DNA of 64,000 nucleotides from Escherichia coli (GTDB lineage Bacteria; Pseudomonadota; Gammaproteobacteria; Enterobacterales; Enterobacteriaceae): NCBI RefSeq assembly GCF_003790525.1, contig NZ_CP033635.1; one strand, 5' to 3'. Shown piece by piece: positions 54,911 to 64,000 of this stretch (position 1 is its first letter; each line of letters starts with the position of its first letter). The notes under the pieces were generated by a model. It saw only the letters and a program-made list of their open reading frames with translations, ran no database searches and was not told where the DNA came from. The position numbers and the translations under genes were made by a program.

Positions 54911-55165
54911 ATGGGAATTATTGCCTGGATTATTTTTGGCCTGATAGCCGGCATAATCGCCAAGCTAATCATGCCGGGACGTGATGGTGGTGGATTTTTC
55001 CTGACCTGTATTCTCGGGATAGTCGGTGCGGTGGTCGGCGGCTGGCTGGCGACCATGTTTGGCATTGGCGGCTCCATCAGTGGTTTTAATCTGCACAGCT
55101 TCCTGGTGGCGGTAGTGGGCGCTATCCTGGTGCTGGGCGTATTCCGCCTCCTGCGAAGAGAATAA
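54911..55165 (+). CDS. ymgE: Transglycosylase-associated (GlsB/YeaQ/YmgE) membrane protein
   Basis: 84 aa from MGIIAWIIFGLIAGIIAKLI. Confidence 0.9.
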   Translation: MGIIAWIIFGLIAGIIAKLIMPGRDGGGFFLTCILGIVGAVVGGWLATMFGIGGSISGFNLHSFLVAVVGAILVLGVFRLLRRE

Positions 55166-55177
55166 GATTTTCATAAG

Positions 55178-55210
55178 GCGGATAGCGATACAGATGCCGC
55201 TATCCGCTTT
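55178..55210. terminator. Hairpin shared by the convergent ymgE and receptor genes
   Basis: GCGGATAGCG (55178-55187) pairs with CGCTATCCGC (55198-55207), followed by TTT. Confidence 0.6.
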
Positions 55211-55214
55211 CACA

Positions 55215-57185
55215 TCAGAACGTATACGCGATACCTGCCCAGAAATTGCGACCTTCTTCAATAAACCCTTCACTGTAGGCATATTTGGTATCAAACAGGT
55301 TATTGACCGACGCATTGACGCTGAAGCCATGACCTAAGGTGTAATCGGCTCGAATGTGGGTCACCGCAAAACCGGCGGCTTTTTGTGAACCGTCACTGTT
55401 GCTGTAGCTGGAGGAACGCGCCTCTTCCGACAGCGTTACGCTTAACGGCTCCCACGGTTTGAGAGTCATCCATGCGGTCATTGTCTGCGTTGGCAGATCG
55501 GTTATCTTGCCGATGTCTTTGCGTTTGGCGTCAGCGTGGATCAGGGCGTAGCTCAATCCTACATCCAGTATATTGCTGATTTTCCCCTTAATACCGGCAT
55601 CCAGACCGCTGTAATCCACCGTGCCGCTGTTCTGATTTTGAATGGTATCGGCATCGATATTGTGCGAGAGGATGGCATCACTCACCCGGTTATAGTAAAC
55701 GCTGACCTCAAACCCCCAGTCGTGCGTGAAGGCACCATTCCAGGTTAAATCCACCCCGCGCGCGCGTTCCGGTTTGAGCTGCGGGTTAACAATCGCTATC
55801 TGGTTATACGCAGGTTTGGACGTGGTATAGCGTTCTTTCAGCGTCGGAAAGCGTGTGCGGTCATAGTACGAAAGCGCCAGCGTGTCTTCATTGGCAAAGT
55901 GGTATTTCCCCATCACCTGCCAGTTAAAAGCTGACTGATTGTTGTCGTCATAATGGGTGATACTGCCATCTTTCTCATGTTTTTTCGCTTCTACGCTATC
56001 GCGCCAGTCATAGCTGATTCCAGCCACGACATCGACATTATCGGCAGCAGCCCATTGATATTCACTGGCGAGCGACCAGGTACGATCTTCATAGCGATCG
56101 TAAGCGGCGTGTGGCGCACCTTTTTCCCGGTGTACGTCATCTTTCCAGTTAACGGCAAACGACAGCAGATCGTTTTCACGCACATCGGCTGCCAGTTGTA
56201 ACCCGGCACCGTCGCTGTAATCGGAATAATGGCTGTAGCTGCCTTTTTTATTTTTCAAATCAGCCAGCGAGTTGTACATCATTAGCGTATTTTCAAAGGT
56301 GTCGCGATACAGCCGACTTTTCAGGGTAAAACGATCGTTTAGTTGGGTCGTTCCCTGATAATAAAAACTTTCTTTGTCATACTCTGGCCACTGCCAGTAG
56401 CGTGATTTTTGACCACTATTTCCACTGTATGGCGGGTTATCTTTTTCACCATCCTGCTTAATGTAAGTCAATGTGTATTCATCGTTTTCGCGTGGTGTAA
56501 AACCGAGCTTCACAATGCCGCGTTTATCATCAGCCGATGAATTAATCATCTTGCCGTGTTTGCCTGCAATATCATTATTTACACCATGCGGCAGGCCGAG
56601 AAAATCCTGCTTTAGCTGGCTACCGCTGACTTGCAAATACCCCAGATCGCTGCTGGCGGCAAATGAAGCATGCATATCGTAGGCATTGTCCTGGCTACGG
56701 CTCCATCCCTGGCGATATCCCAGATTTGCTTCCAGAGGTTTTGTTGGCTTCTGGGTGGTGATATTAATGGCTCCGCCCATCTGATTAGGCCCCTGAAGCA
56801 GCGACGAATACCCTTTGGAAACTTCAACTGCCCCCAAATTGTTGGTCAGAATCCGCGCCAGATCGAGGTTGCCGTCATAGGGAACATAAATGGGCACACC
56901 GTCGAAATAGACTGGCACCTGACGACTATCAAAGCCGCGAACTTTGACCTGTTCTTCGTTGCGGCTACCTGACTTTTGCAGCACCACGCCGGGGACGACA
57001 CTTAATGCCTGAGCGACATTCTGTTTATCCAGGGCCTTCATGGTGGGTTGATCGAGAACGGTGGTCGTCGTCGATGATACCGGACTGGACCATACGGTCA
57101 GCGTGTCACTCTCCTGAGCCGCTACGGCCTGCTGGGTAAAGGCAAGTGATAATGCTGTGCAGAGATAACGTTTTTTGAGTCTCAT
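55215..57185 (-). CDS. TonB-dependent outer-membrane receptor
   Basis: Signal peptide, TonB box DTLTVW, plug domain, and a C-terminus ending AGIAYTF. Confidence 0.9.
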   Translation of the reverse strand: MRLKKRYLCTALSLAFTQQAVAAQESDTLTVWSSPVSSTTTTVLDQPTMKALDKQNVAQALSVVPGVVLQKSGSRNEEQVKVRGFDSRQVPVYFDGVPIYVPYDGNLDLARILTNNLGAVEVSKGYSSLLQGPNQMGGAINITTQKPTKPLEANLGYRQGWSRSQDNAYDMHASFAASSDLGYLQVSGSQLKQDFLGLPHGVNNDIAGKHGKMINSSADDKRGIVKLGFTPRENDEYTLTYIKQDGEKDNPPYSGNSGQKSRYWQWPEYDKESFYYQGTTQLNDRFTLKSRLYRDTFENTLMMYNSLADLKNKKGSYSHYSDYSDGAGLQLAADVRENDLLSFAVNWKDDVHREKGAPHAAYDRYEDRTWSLASEYQWAAADNVDVVAGISYDWRDSVEAKKHEKDGSITHYDDNNQSAFNWQVMGKYHFANEDTLALSYYDRTRFPTLKERYTTSKPAYNQIAIVNPQLKPERARGVDLTWNGAFTHDWGFEVSVYYNRVSDAILSHNIDADTIQNQNSGTVDYSGLDAGIKGKISNILDVGLSYALIHADAKRKDIGKITDLPTQTMTAWMTLKPWEPLSVTLSEEARSSSYSNSDGSQKAAGFAVTHIRADYTLGHGFSVNASVNNLFDTKYAYSEGFIEEGRNFWAGIAYTF

Positions 57186-57210
57186 AGAATAAATTCCGTT
57201 TAACAAAGAA

Positions 57211-58065
57211 TTAAATAGAGACTGCGGGTTGCAGACTGACTTTAATGTCAGCTGGTGTCGCGTAATAAGGCGCGGAGGTAATAAAAAGGCGAATGCCGCA
57301 GTCGAGGTAATTTTTGAGTGTTGTCAGATTAATTCCGCCGGTCAGAGCCAGCGTGCAGTGAGGAGCCAGCGACGGTGCTATTTGCGCAATTTCAGTTGCC
57401 TGTTGCGGATTAAATTTGTCGAGCTGAAGTACGTCTGGTTGCGCGCGTAACGCGGCGATTGCCTCTTTCGGCGTGTCGGCTTCAACAACTATTTTCTTCT
57501 CGGGTGCGTGGCGACGTAACTGATTGATTGCGCCTGACCAGTCCTGATTGTCATGAAGAAAATGACGGTGGTTGGCAAACAATAATATGGTTTCCGCACA
57601 TCCGGCACGATGAATCAGTCCTCCGGCAGCCAGAATTGCCTGCGAGGCCAGTAAGCGGGTGCCCGGAATTGCTTTTCGGGTGCAGGCGATATTGCCATCA
57701 GGGTAACGTTCACGAAGTAACGCCAGCATTTGAGCGAGATAATCAGAAACACCGCAACTCCACTCCAGCACATTCTGGACTGCCTTCCATCCCTGATGAA
57801 GTGCTGCGGCATTACCTTGCGCACGGATTAGCCGCTGACCCGCGTTCGCTTGTGAACCGTCGCTGACCGCGTTATCAATAGTTAATCCCAGCGTAGTTAA
57901 CATCTTACACGCGACAGAAATTCCGCTGACGCAGCCGCCCTGACGGTGAAAAAACTCTATATAGCCATGCTGGTGTCCAATATTTAATGCTCGCGTGGTC
58001 AGGTCACCGCCCTGGATATCTTCCAGAAGTAACGCATCGATTTGTGCCTGAGAAAGGAAAATCAT
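57211..58065 (-). CDS. ModD-like protein (nicotinate-nucleotide pyrophosphorylase / type II PRTase fold)
   Basis: 284 aa. LLLEDIQGGDLTT at the N-terminus and an overall NadC/ModD-like pattern. Confidence 0.7.
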   Translation of the reverse strand: MIFLSQAQIDALLLEDIQGGDLTTRALNIGHQHGYIEFFHRQGGCVSGISVACKMLTTLGLTIDNAVSDGSQANAGQRLIRAQGNAAALHQGWKAVQNVLEWSCGVSDYLAQMLALLRERYPDGNIACTRKAIPGTRLLASQAILAAGGLIHRAGCAETILLFANHRHFLHDNQDWSGAINQLRRHAPEKKIVVEADTPKEAIAALRAQPDVLQLDKFNPQQATEIAQIAPSLAPHCTLALTGGINLTTLKNYLDCGIRLFITSAPYYATPADIKVSLQPAVSI

Positions 58066-58874
58066 CGCAGTGCCTCTTGCGGTACGCTATCCCACCAGAT
58101 GAGCGCCCAGTCGCGGCTGGCAGGGGCGAGGGCACGAGCATCTTGTTGTTGATACCAGTGATATAACCGCTCACGCTCATCGTCGTTAAGCGCGCCAAGA
58201 CTCCAGCTGACGTTCTGCTCAAAACGTTCCCAGGTGCTGTTATCCTGTTGGCAATTTTGTCCACGGATAAAATCAACGTGGGCATAAATTCCCATCTGAT
58301 ACAGGACGTTGAGCGCAAATATATAGTTGGGTAATTCGATCACTTCCCGACCAGCCGCCCGCTGAATGGCTGGAGAGACGAACGAGGTGCTGACCAGATG
58401 AGTCGTATAGACGCGAAGCCGTGCCTGATTATTCAGTTTGCTCATTGCCTGGCGCATATCAGCCACCAGAGTGGAGCGGGAAGCCACGGCAATATCGCAG
58501 CGTGGCAGGTCACTCCAGTCCTCTTCCCAGGCGCGCTGGATCCAGTGGACATTGTCTGCCTTTAGCGCGGCGGCGCGACGGGCGGCAACGTTCAGCATCC
58601 CCTGACTGTAATCAACGCCATAAATCGTCGTGAGTTTGTCAGCCAGCGCCAGCGATACGGTACCCGGTCCGCAGCCCATATCGAATAAGGTTTGTGCGCC
58701 TTGCAGATCAATTTTAGCGGTCAGTTGTTGCAGGTAGCTGTCCGTAGGCGAGGCGCAATTTTCCGCCATTTTTTCCGCCCGTTGATCCCAGTGATCCGGC
58801 GTTTTTTCTGTGCGATGGGCCAGCCTGAGTTGCTGAAGGTAAAGGTCTGCAAAATCAATATCATCAATGAGCAT
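58062..58874 (-). CDS. Class I SAM-dependent methyltransferase
   Basis: 270 aa. Motif I is LFDMGCGPGTVSLALA. There is an ATGA overlap with the downstream gene. Confidence 0.8.
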   Translation of the reverse strand: MLIDDIDFADLYLQQLRLAHRTEKTPDHWDQRAEKMAENCASPTDSYLQQLTAKIDLQGAQTLFDMGCGPGTVSLALADKLTTIYGVDYSQGMLNVAARRAAALKADNVHWIQRAWEEDWSDLPRCDIAVASRSTLVADMRQAMSKLNNQARLRVYTTHLVSTSFVSPAIQRAAGREVIELPNYIFALNVLYQMGIYAHVDFIRGQNCQQDNSTWERFEQNVSWSLGALNDDERERLYHWYQQQDARALAPASRDWALIWWDSVPQEALR

Positions 58875-58883
58875 GATTTTTCC

Positions 58884-59642
58884 TTAGTGCTTAATTGCAG
58901 AGAGGTGATGGTGAATCTGGTCGGCAGAAACCCGGTACAGGGCAGCCAGTTTTTTCGTTGTTAACTGTTCGGTCGGTAAGCCTTGTGTTACACGTCCATC
59001 TGGCTCTACCTGGATAATGCTGTCGGCAATGGCGTTGGCATGGAGCGGATGATGAGTCGACATTAACATTGTCATGCCGTTATTTTTGAGCTGCGCCAGC
59101 GTGTCCAGTAGTTGGATCTGATGACCGAAATCGAGGCTGGAGGCAGGCTCATCCAGTAATAACAAGCGCGGTTGCTGGACGAGTGCACGGGCGATTAAAG
59201 CCAGCTGACGTTCACCGCCGCTAAGCGTATTCCAGCGTCGTGTCGCCAGATGCAAAATGCCCAGCTTTTCCAGTTGCTCCGTTGCTTTCAGGCGTTCTTG
59301 CTTACCGGGAACGGAAAAAGCGCCTATGGTGGGGGCCAGGCCCATCAACACCATATCCAGCACACTAAAAGCAAAAATGCCGTCGTGCGCCTGCGGCACC
59401 CAGGCAATAGCCTGCGCGCGCTGGCGATGGCTGAGTGTCTGCACAGGGAGGCTATCCAGTAAGATCTCGCCTTTTAATAACGGTATAACGCCAAGAATGG
59501 AGCGCATGAGTGTGGTTTTGCCGCAACCATTGGCTCCTAACAGACAACAAATTGTTCCTTGCGACAGGGTGAAGGACACGTCGCGTAGCACCGGATGGCG
59601 GGAGTAACCCAGAGACGCATGACGGACGGCAAGCAAAGTCAC
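58884..59642 (-). CDS. ABC transporter ATPase (FecE/FhuC-like)
   Basis: The GTG start overlaps the permease stop (GTGA). Walker A is GANGCGKTT, the signature is LSGGERQ, and Walker B is LLLLDEP. Confidence 0.9.
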   Translation of the reverse strand: MTLLAVRHASLGYSRHPVLRDVSFTLSQGTICCLLGANGCGKTTLMRSILGVIPLLKGEILLDSLPVQTLSHRQRAQAIAWVPQAHDGIFAFSVLDMVLMGLAPTIGAFSVPGKQERLKATEQLEKLGILHLATRRWNTLSGGERQLALIARALVQQPRLLLLDEPASSLDFGHQIQLLDTLAQLKNNGMTMLMSTHHPLHANAIADSIIQVEPDGRVTQGLPTEQLTTKKLAALYRVSADQIHHHLSAIKH

Positions 59643-60619
59643 TGGCGACCTCCGCGTAACAACAAAAACAGGAAAAACGGTGCGCCAACAAAAGCGGTCA
59701 GAATGCCAAGTGGGATTTCTGTTGTTCCAATGCTGCGTGCCAGCGTATCGGTAAGCAGGAGCAGAATCGCGCCAGTACACATTGCCATGGGCAACAGCTG
59801 CTGATGGTTATGACCGGTCAACAAGCGGGCAATGTGCGGAACGACCAGGCCGACCCAACCAATTATGCCCGCTATTGCTACCGTGCTGGCGGTGATGAGT
59901 GTGGCGCAGACAATCAATCCAAAGCGCAGACGTGTCACGTTCAGTCCCAGCGAACGGGCTTCGTCGTCGGAAAGTGTGAGTAAATTCATGCGCCAGCGGA
60001 GAAAAAACAGGGGCAAGGAGCCTATGAGAATGATCGGTGCAGCATAGCAGAGATCGCGTAAGGTCACGGTGGACAGCCCCCCCAGCAACCAGAAGGTAAT
60101 TGACGGTAACTGGGTGTAAGGATCGGCCAGCGTTTTTATTAGCGATATCCCCGCTCCGCACAACGTGCCTAACGCAATACCTACCAGCACCAGGGTTAAG
60201 ATCGGATCGTGGCGGGTCACCCGACGCGTAATCAACCAGACGCCCGCGACCACCATCAGCCCGCCGCAAAATGCGTACAGCTGGATGTAAACAATGGATA
60301 ATCCCCACAGGATTGCCGCGCAGGCACCAAGTCCGGCACCGGCGGAGACGCCTAAAATATCCGGTGACACTAAGGGATTACGGAACATTCCCTGATAGGT
60401 GGTTCCAGCCCCTGCCAGCGCCGCGCCCAGAAACAGCGCAGCAAGAATACGCGGCACGCGGATTTGCCAGAAGACAATTTGTTCCTGCACAGGAACATTT
60501 TCTTGACGAAGAATGAGCGCCAGCAGTTGCTGCATATCGAGATGATAAGCCCCACTTACGGCGGCAAAAGTGATACTGATAGCTGCCAGCAGCAAAATAC
60601 ATCCGTTTACGGTTCTCAT
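59639..60619 (-). CDS. ABC transporter permease (FecCD/BtuC family)
   Basis: 326 aa, polytopic, ending GAPFFLFLLLRGGRQ. Confidence 0.9.
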   Translation of the reverse strand: MRTVNGCILLLAAISITFAAVSGAYHLDMQQLLALILRQENVPVQEQIVFWQIRVPRILAALFLGAALAGAGTTYQGMFRNPLVSPDILGVSAGAGLGACAAILWGLSIVYIQLYAFCGGLMVVAGVWLITRRVTRHDPILTLVLVGIALGTLCGAGISLIKTLADPYTQLPSITFWLLGGLSTVTLRDLCYAAPIILIGSLPLFFLRWRMNLLTLSDDEARSLGLNVTRLRFGLIVCATLITASTVAIAGIIGWVGLVVPHIARLLTGHNHQQLLPMAMCTGAILLLLTDTLARSIGTTEIPLGILTAFVGAPFFLFLLLRGGRQ

Positions 60620-61641
60620 TAGCTCGCCACCAATTTTTGATAGTCGGCGTCACTGAGTGAACAATGCCAGAACAGTTGGGCGTAATGCTGCATGTCACTT
60701 TTAAACTGGCGATTGATGGCGGGATCCAGCCAGGCGTGAAGTCTGCGTAATCCCAGAAGACGGTTGATTCCCGGCGGGGCATCCAGCCAGCCAAAGGGCA
60801 GGCCACTTAAAAATAAGATGCGTTGTTCCGCAACCGCTTTCACGCCCTGCCAGAGAGGATCACGACGAATAAAATCTGCAGTAACGGCCTCCTGAACCAG
60901 AATAATATCCGGCTGCCAGCGCAGGAGATTTTCCATGGAAACCTGTGTCAGACCGTGGCGATCGGCTATTTGCGCGACGTTGTGCAAACCTAATAATTCC
61001 GCCGCCTCGGTATGCAACGAACCCTGTAAGCCCGTTTCCAGCCCTCGAGGACCGCGCGCAGCATAAAAGCTGAGGTTAGCGGCGGGTGAGGTGGCGAATG
61101 CCTGAGCTTCACCAACGAAGCGGCTGGCGAGATTGGCTTGTTCTGCGGCGCGGTGCTCTTCGCCTAACGTTTTGCCAAGCGTTGTTAACTGTTCTGCTGA
61201 TTGTTCCAGTTTCCCGTTAAGCAATAACCAGGGTATTTGTGTCTGTTCGCTAACCTGCCGTGCCTGGGAGATCCAGGTTTCATCCGTATTGCCGCAATCA
61301 ACGACCAAATCGGGATGTAACGCCATAAGCCCTTCCAGCGAGAGTGTGCTGGCGCGCCCGGCGAGTCGTCCCAGCCTGGGGAACTGGCGAATGTGCTCTG
61401 GCAATGGAATTAATGCCTGACGGGCAAAATCAAAAGAGGAAAAACCGACCATTTTTTCTGGCGCGACAGCCAGCAATAGTAAATCGGCGGGCGCGCCTGC
61501 GCTGACGATGCGTGTAATGTTTTGGGCTTCGGGAAGCGTCAGTGAGGACCAGAATTTGACTGATTGTGCAAAGGACGGCAGATGATGCAGGAACAATGTC
61601 GACGCAAGAATCTGTGTAAACCTCCGTCTGGTTAGTGACAT
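60619..61641 (-). CDS. Periplasmic substrate-binding protein (iron-siderophore/cobalamin type, cluster A)
   Basis: 340 aa from MSLTRRRFTQILAST, a twin-arginine-like signal. There is a TAATG overlap with the permease. Confidence 0.85.
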   Translation of the reverse strand: MSLTRRRFTQILASTLFLHHLPSFAQSVKFWSSLTLPEAQNITRIVSAGAPADLLLLAVAPEKMVGFSSFDFARQALIPLPEHIRQFPRLGRLAGRASTLSLEGLMALHPDLVVDCGNTDETWISQARQVSEQTQIPWLLLNGKLEQSAEQLTTLGKTLGEEHRAAEQANLASRFVGEAQAFATSPAANLSFYAARGPRGLETGLQGSLHTEAAELLGLHNVAQIADRHGLTQVSMENLLRWQPDIILVQEAVTADFIRRDPLWQGVKAVAEQRILFLSGLPFGWLDAPPGINRLLGLRRLHAWLDPAINRQFKSDMQHYAQLFWHCSLSDADYQKLVAS

Positions 61642-61665
61642 AAGTAATATCCTGATAATTAAAAC

Positions 61666-61689
61666 CGCTATATACTTACACATATAGCG
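61666..61689. promoter_or_regulatory. 8-bp inverted repeat just upstream of the transport operon (operator candidate)
   Basis: CGCTATAT (61666-61673) / ATATAGCG (61682-61689), 25-48 nt upstream of the first ATG. Confidence 0.3.
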
Positions 61690-61917
61690 AAAAAGATCAT
61701 GTTTGATGTCAAAATTTGTCTAAAGAGACAGAATGATTTGCTTGTTTCTTAAATAACACTTTGTTCCACAAGAAAATTGTCAGGGAGAATGGGGAGTGGG
61801 GGAAAATATAAATAGAGGTGTAATGATTAACAAGTTGATAAAATAAAATTAAAATCTTCTCTAATAAAAGAAAATAAAGGCATAGACCGTAGAAAGAGTG
61901 GTATTTCGTGGTGAAGA

Positions 61918-61955
61918 AAGAGCAATGCCAATTTTATGCATGTAATGGCATTGCT
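61918..61955 (-). terminator. treA terminator
   Basis: A GAGCAATGCCA/TGGCATTGCTC hairpin followed by TTTCTT on the minus strand. Confidence 0.75.
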
Positions 61956-61970
61956 CGATATACAGTAAAG

Positions 61971-63668
61971 TTAAGGCGTAGGTTCCGCCTCTTTTTGTTT
62001 TAGCGGCTGTGTTGTTGATTCACTGAGTGGACGCGTCGCCGGAACATTGTCACACGGTTGCTCTTTCGGGCAGATCAAATCCAGCATTTTCAGCGTCACG
62101 CCATTGGTCCAGCCAAAGCCATCCTGTAATGGATATTCGCCACCGCCGCCCCCTGTTCCGGTGGCGCTGACATCATATTTTTCCACCAGCTTTTTCTCCC
62201 GGTCATAGGTGTTCTGAACATTGGTCAGGAAGTGCCAGCTAATGTCCATCGCCACCTCTTTTTGCCCGTAGTTTTGTAATCCTTCTGTCGCGACCCACTG
62301 CAACGGTGCCCAGCCGTTTGGCGCATCCCATTGTTGTCCACTTTTCACCGACGTGGTGTTCAGGCCGCCGGGTTGCAGCAGATGTGTTTTCGTCGCCGTC
62401 GCCATTTTGCTGGCGCGATCTTTCGCTGCCGCATTGACGTACAGCGGGAACAGGGCGGCCGCGGTTAACTGATTGCGCACTTTATGACTTTTCAGGTCGT
62501 AATCGGCATACCAGCCTTGTTGATCGTTCCACAGGTATTTTTCGATCCCTTTTTGACGGGCATTCGCCAGCGTTTCGTACTGGTTTGCCATCGCGTTATC
62601 TCCGGCAGCTTTGCTGGCGCGGGCGAGGATTTTTTCCATTTTAAACATCAGGCTGTTCAGATCGACCGGTACGATGCTGGTGGTGCGTAAGGTATTTAAC
62701 TGCTGCGGATTGTCCATCCAGCGCGAGCTGAAATCCCAGCCAGACGCAGCGGCAGAGCGCAGATCGCGGTAAATTTCAGTGGCAGGTCGATTCGGATTGC
62801 TTTTGGCGGTGGCAATATCTTCCACCCATGACTCTGGTCGTGGCGTATCGCGATCGTCCCAGTAGCGGTTGAGAAGGGTACCATCCTGAAGTTTGACAAC
62901 GCGTTTTTCCTGTTGTCCGGCTTGCAGGTTTTCAACACCGTCCATCCAGTAAGCATATTCTTTTTGCATTTGCGGCAGGTATTGTTTCAACGCGGCATCG
63001 CCTTCATGCTGCGCCAGTAACTCTACCATCAGGGCAAAGAAGGGCGGCTGCGAGCGGCTTAAATAGTAACTGCGGTTGCCGTTGGGAATATGACCGTAAG
63101 TGTCTATTTCATGAGCAAAATTGGCCACCATATCCGCGACTTTATCCCAGTGACCGCTTTCGGCAAGTCCTAACATGGTGAAGTAACTGTCCCAGTAATA
63201 TACCTCGCGAAAACGTCCGCCCGGCACGACATAAGGTTCCGGCAGCGGTAACAGAGAATCCCATTTTTCGGTATTTTCGGTAGCACGCGTTAATACCGGC
63301 CAAAGTCCGTCAATATGTTCGCGCAGTGACTGCCCCTCTGGCGGAACATATTTCTCGCCCTCTTTTGGCAGGGTGAAATTGACGTTAACGAAATGGCGCA
63401 GATCAAATCCGCTCTGGTTTTGCTGCATCCGATAATCAGCAAGGATCATCAGCGGATCGCTGTTCGGCACGGCATCGGCAAAGGTTTTTTGGTCCGGAAA
63501 AAGTTTGGCGTTTTGCACATCATTAAACAGCGGCCCTAATAAAATATCAGGCGGCTGTGGCGTTACCGATGTTTCTTCTGCCTGCACCGATAGCGCAGCA
63601 AAACACAAAAAGATGCAGGCTGGAATTAACGCCATTTTTTGCGGGCGAGAAGGGGTGGGGGATTTCAT
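61971..63668 (-). CDS. treA: Periplasmic trehalase TreA
   Basis: 565 aa from [30 protein letters not shown]. Confidence 0.96.
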   Translation of the reverse strand: MKSPTPSRPQKMALIPACIFLCFAALSVQAEETSVTPQPPDILLGPLFNDVQNAKLFPDQKTFADAVPNSDPLMILADYRMQQNQSGFDLRHFVNVNFTLPKEGEKYVPPEGQSLREHIDGLWPVLTRATENTEKWDSLLPLPEPYVVPGGRFREVYYWDSYFTMLGLAESGHWDKVADMVANFAHEIDTYGHIPNGNRSYYLSRSQPPFFALMVELLAQHEGDAALKQYLPQMQKEYAYWMDGVENLQAGQQEKRVVKLQDGTLLNRYWDDRDTPRPESWVEDIATAKSNPNRPATEIYRDLRSAAASGWDFSSRWMDNPQQLNTLRTTSIVPVDLNSLMFKMEKILARASKAAGDNAMANQYETLANARQKGIEKYLWNDQQGWYADYDLKSHKVRNQLTAAALFPLYVNAAAKDRASKMATATKTHLLQPGGLNTTSVKSGQQWDAPNGWAPLQWVATEGLQNYGQKEVAMDISWHFLTNVQNTYDREKKLVEKYDVSATGTGGGGGEYPLQDGFGWTNGVTLKMLDLICPKEQPCDNVPATRPLSESTTQPLKQKEAEPTP

Positions 63669-64000
63669 CAATCATTCTCCTTTGGCGAAACCGAATAAAA
63701 CGGTATTCAAGTATCAGAAAACCTTAGTTCAGGATCGCACTAGCTGCATGATCGAAATCACATTCTGCGAACTGACAGACATTTTAGAAAAGGGAATTAA
63801 AGGGATAAATAACGGCGAAATAGAGTGATTAAATAACGTCTGTTTATTAGCCAGCCAGCGACGTTGGGTTCGCGATTAGCGAAGAAAAATCATCATAATT
63901 TGGTGAAAAATATAACAGGTAGTTAAAAACATCAGTGCAGAGTAAATTGCCGGATGACATCAGAATGATGCCATCCGAACGGTGGTTTAACCCTGACGGT

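Noticed and set aside
61642-61700. Fur box upstream of the TonB/ABC operon (TGATAATTAAAACCGCTAT)
   Set aside because: Only the GATAAT hexamer matches the 19-bp Fur consensus and the rest is poor. I cannot call it without a matrix score.

Overview
This is an Escherichia coli chromosomal segment. I identified genes by reading the ORF translations and the raw sequence and comparing them with what I remember of K-12; no database search was possible. The backbone follows K-12 order: phoQ-phoP-purB-hflD-mnmA-nudJ-rluE-icd, iraM-ycgX-bluR-bluF-ycgZ-ymgA-ariR-ymgC-pdeG-ymgF-ycgH(pseudo)-ymgD-ymgG-ycgI(pseudo)-minEDC-ycgJ-pliG-ycgL-ycgM-ycgN-hlyE-umuDC-dsbB-nhaB-fadR-ycgB-dadAX-cvrA-ldcA-emtA-ycgR-ymgE, then treA. 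Four blocks are not in K-12 as I recall it. (1) 162-11003 is a 10.8-kb integrative island bounded by perfect 26-bp direct repeats. It carries a P4-type integrase, AlpA, an Icd-like ORF, a RecA-fold replicase with iterons, SSB, a PerC-like regulator, a prohead-protease/major-capsid fusion and three lambda-like cos sites, so it looks like a PICI-like phage satellite. Its attR-proximal end is a roughly 450-bp non-coding stretch packed with about 10 different hairpins, and I regard this as the most novel-looking signal in the window. (2) An IS1 with a 9-bp target duplication sits on the iraM stop codon. The e14 prophage is absent from icd. (3) About 2.1 kb inserted between dadX and cvrA encodes a 478-aa YopM/IpaH-type LRR protein that has an acidic repeat tail instead of a NEL domain. 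(4) A translationally coupled six-gene operon lies between ymgE and treA: periplasmic binding protein, permease, ATPase, SAM methyltransferase, ModD-like protein and TonB-dependent receptor. I recognised no rRNA, tRNA or CRISPR array. Start codons were adjusted to K-12 protein lengths where I remember them. Functions of the small island ORFs are unknown.
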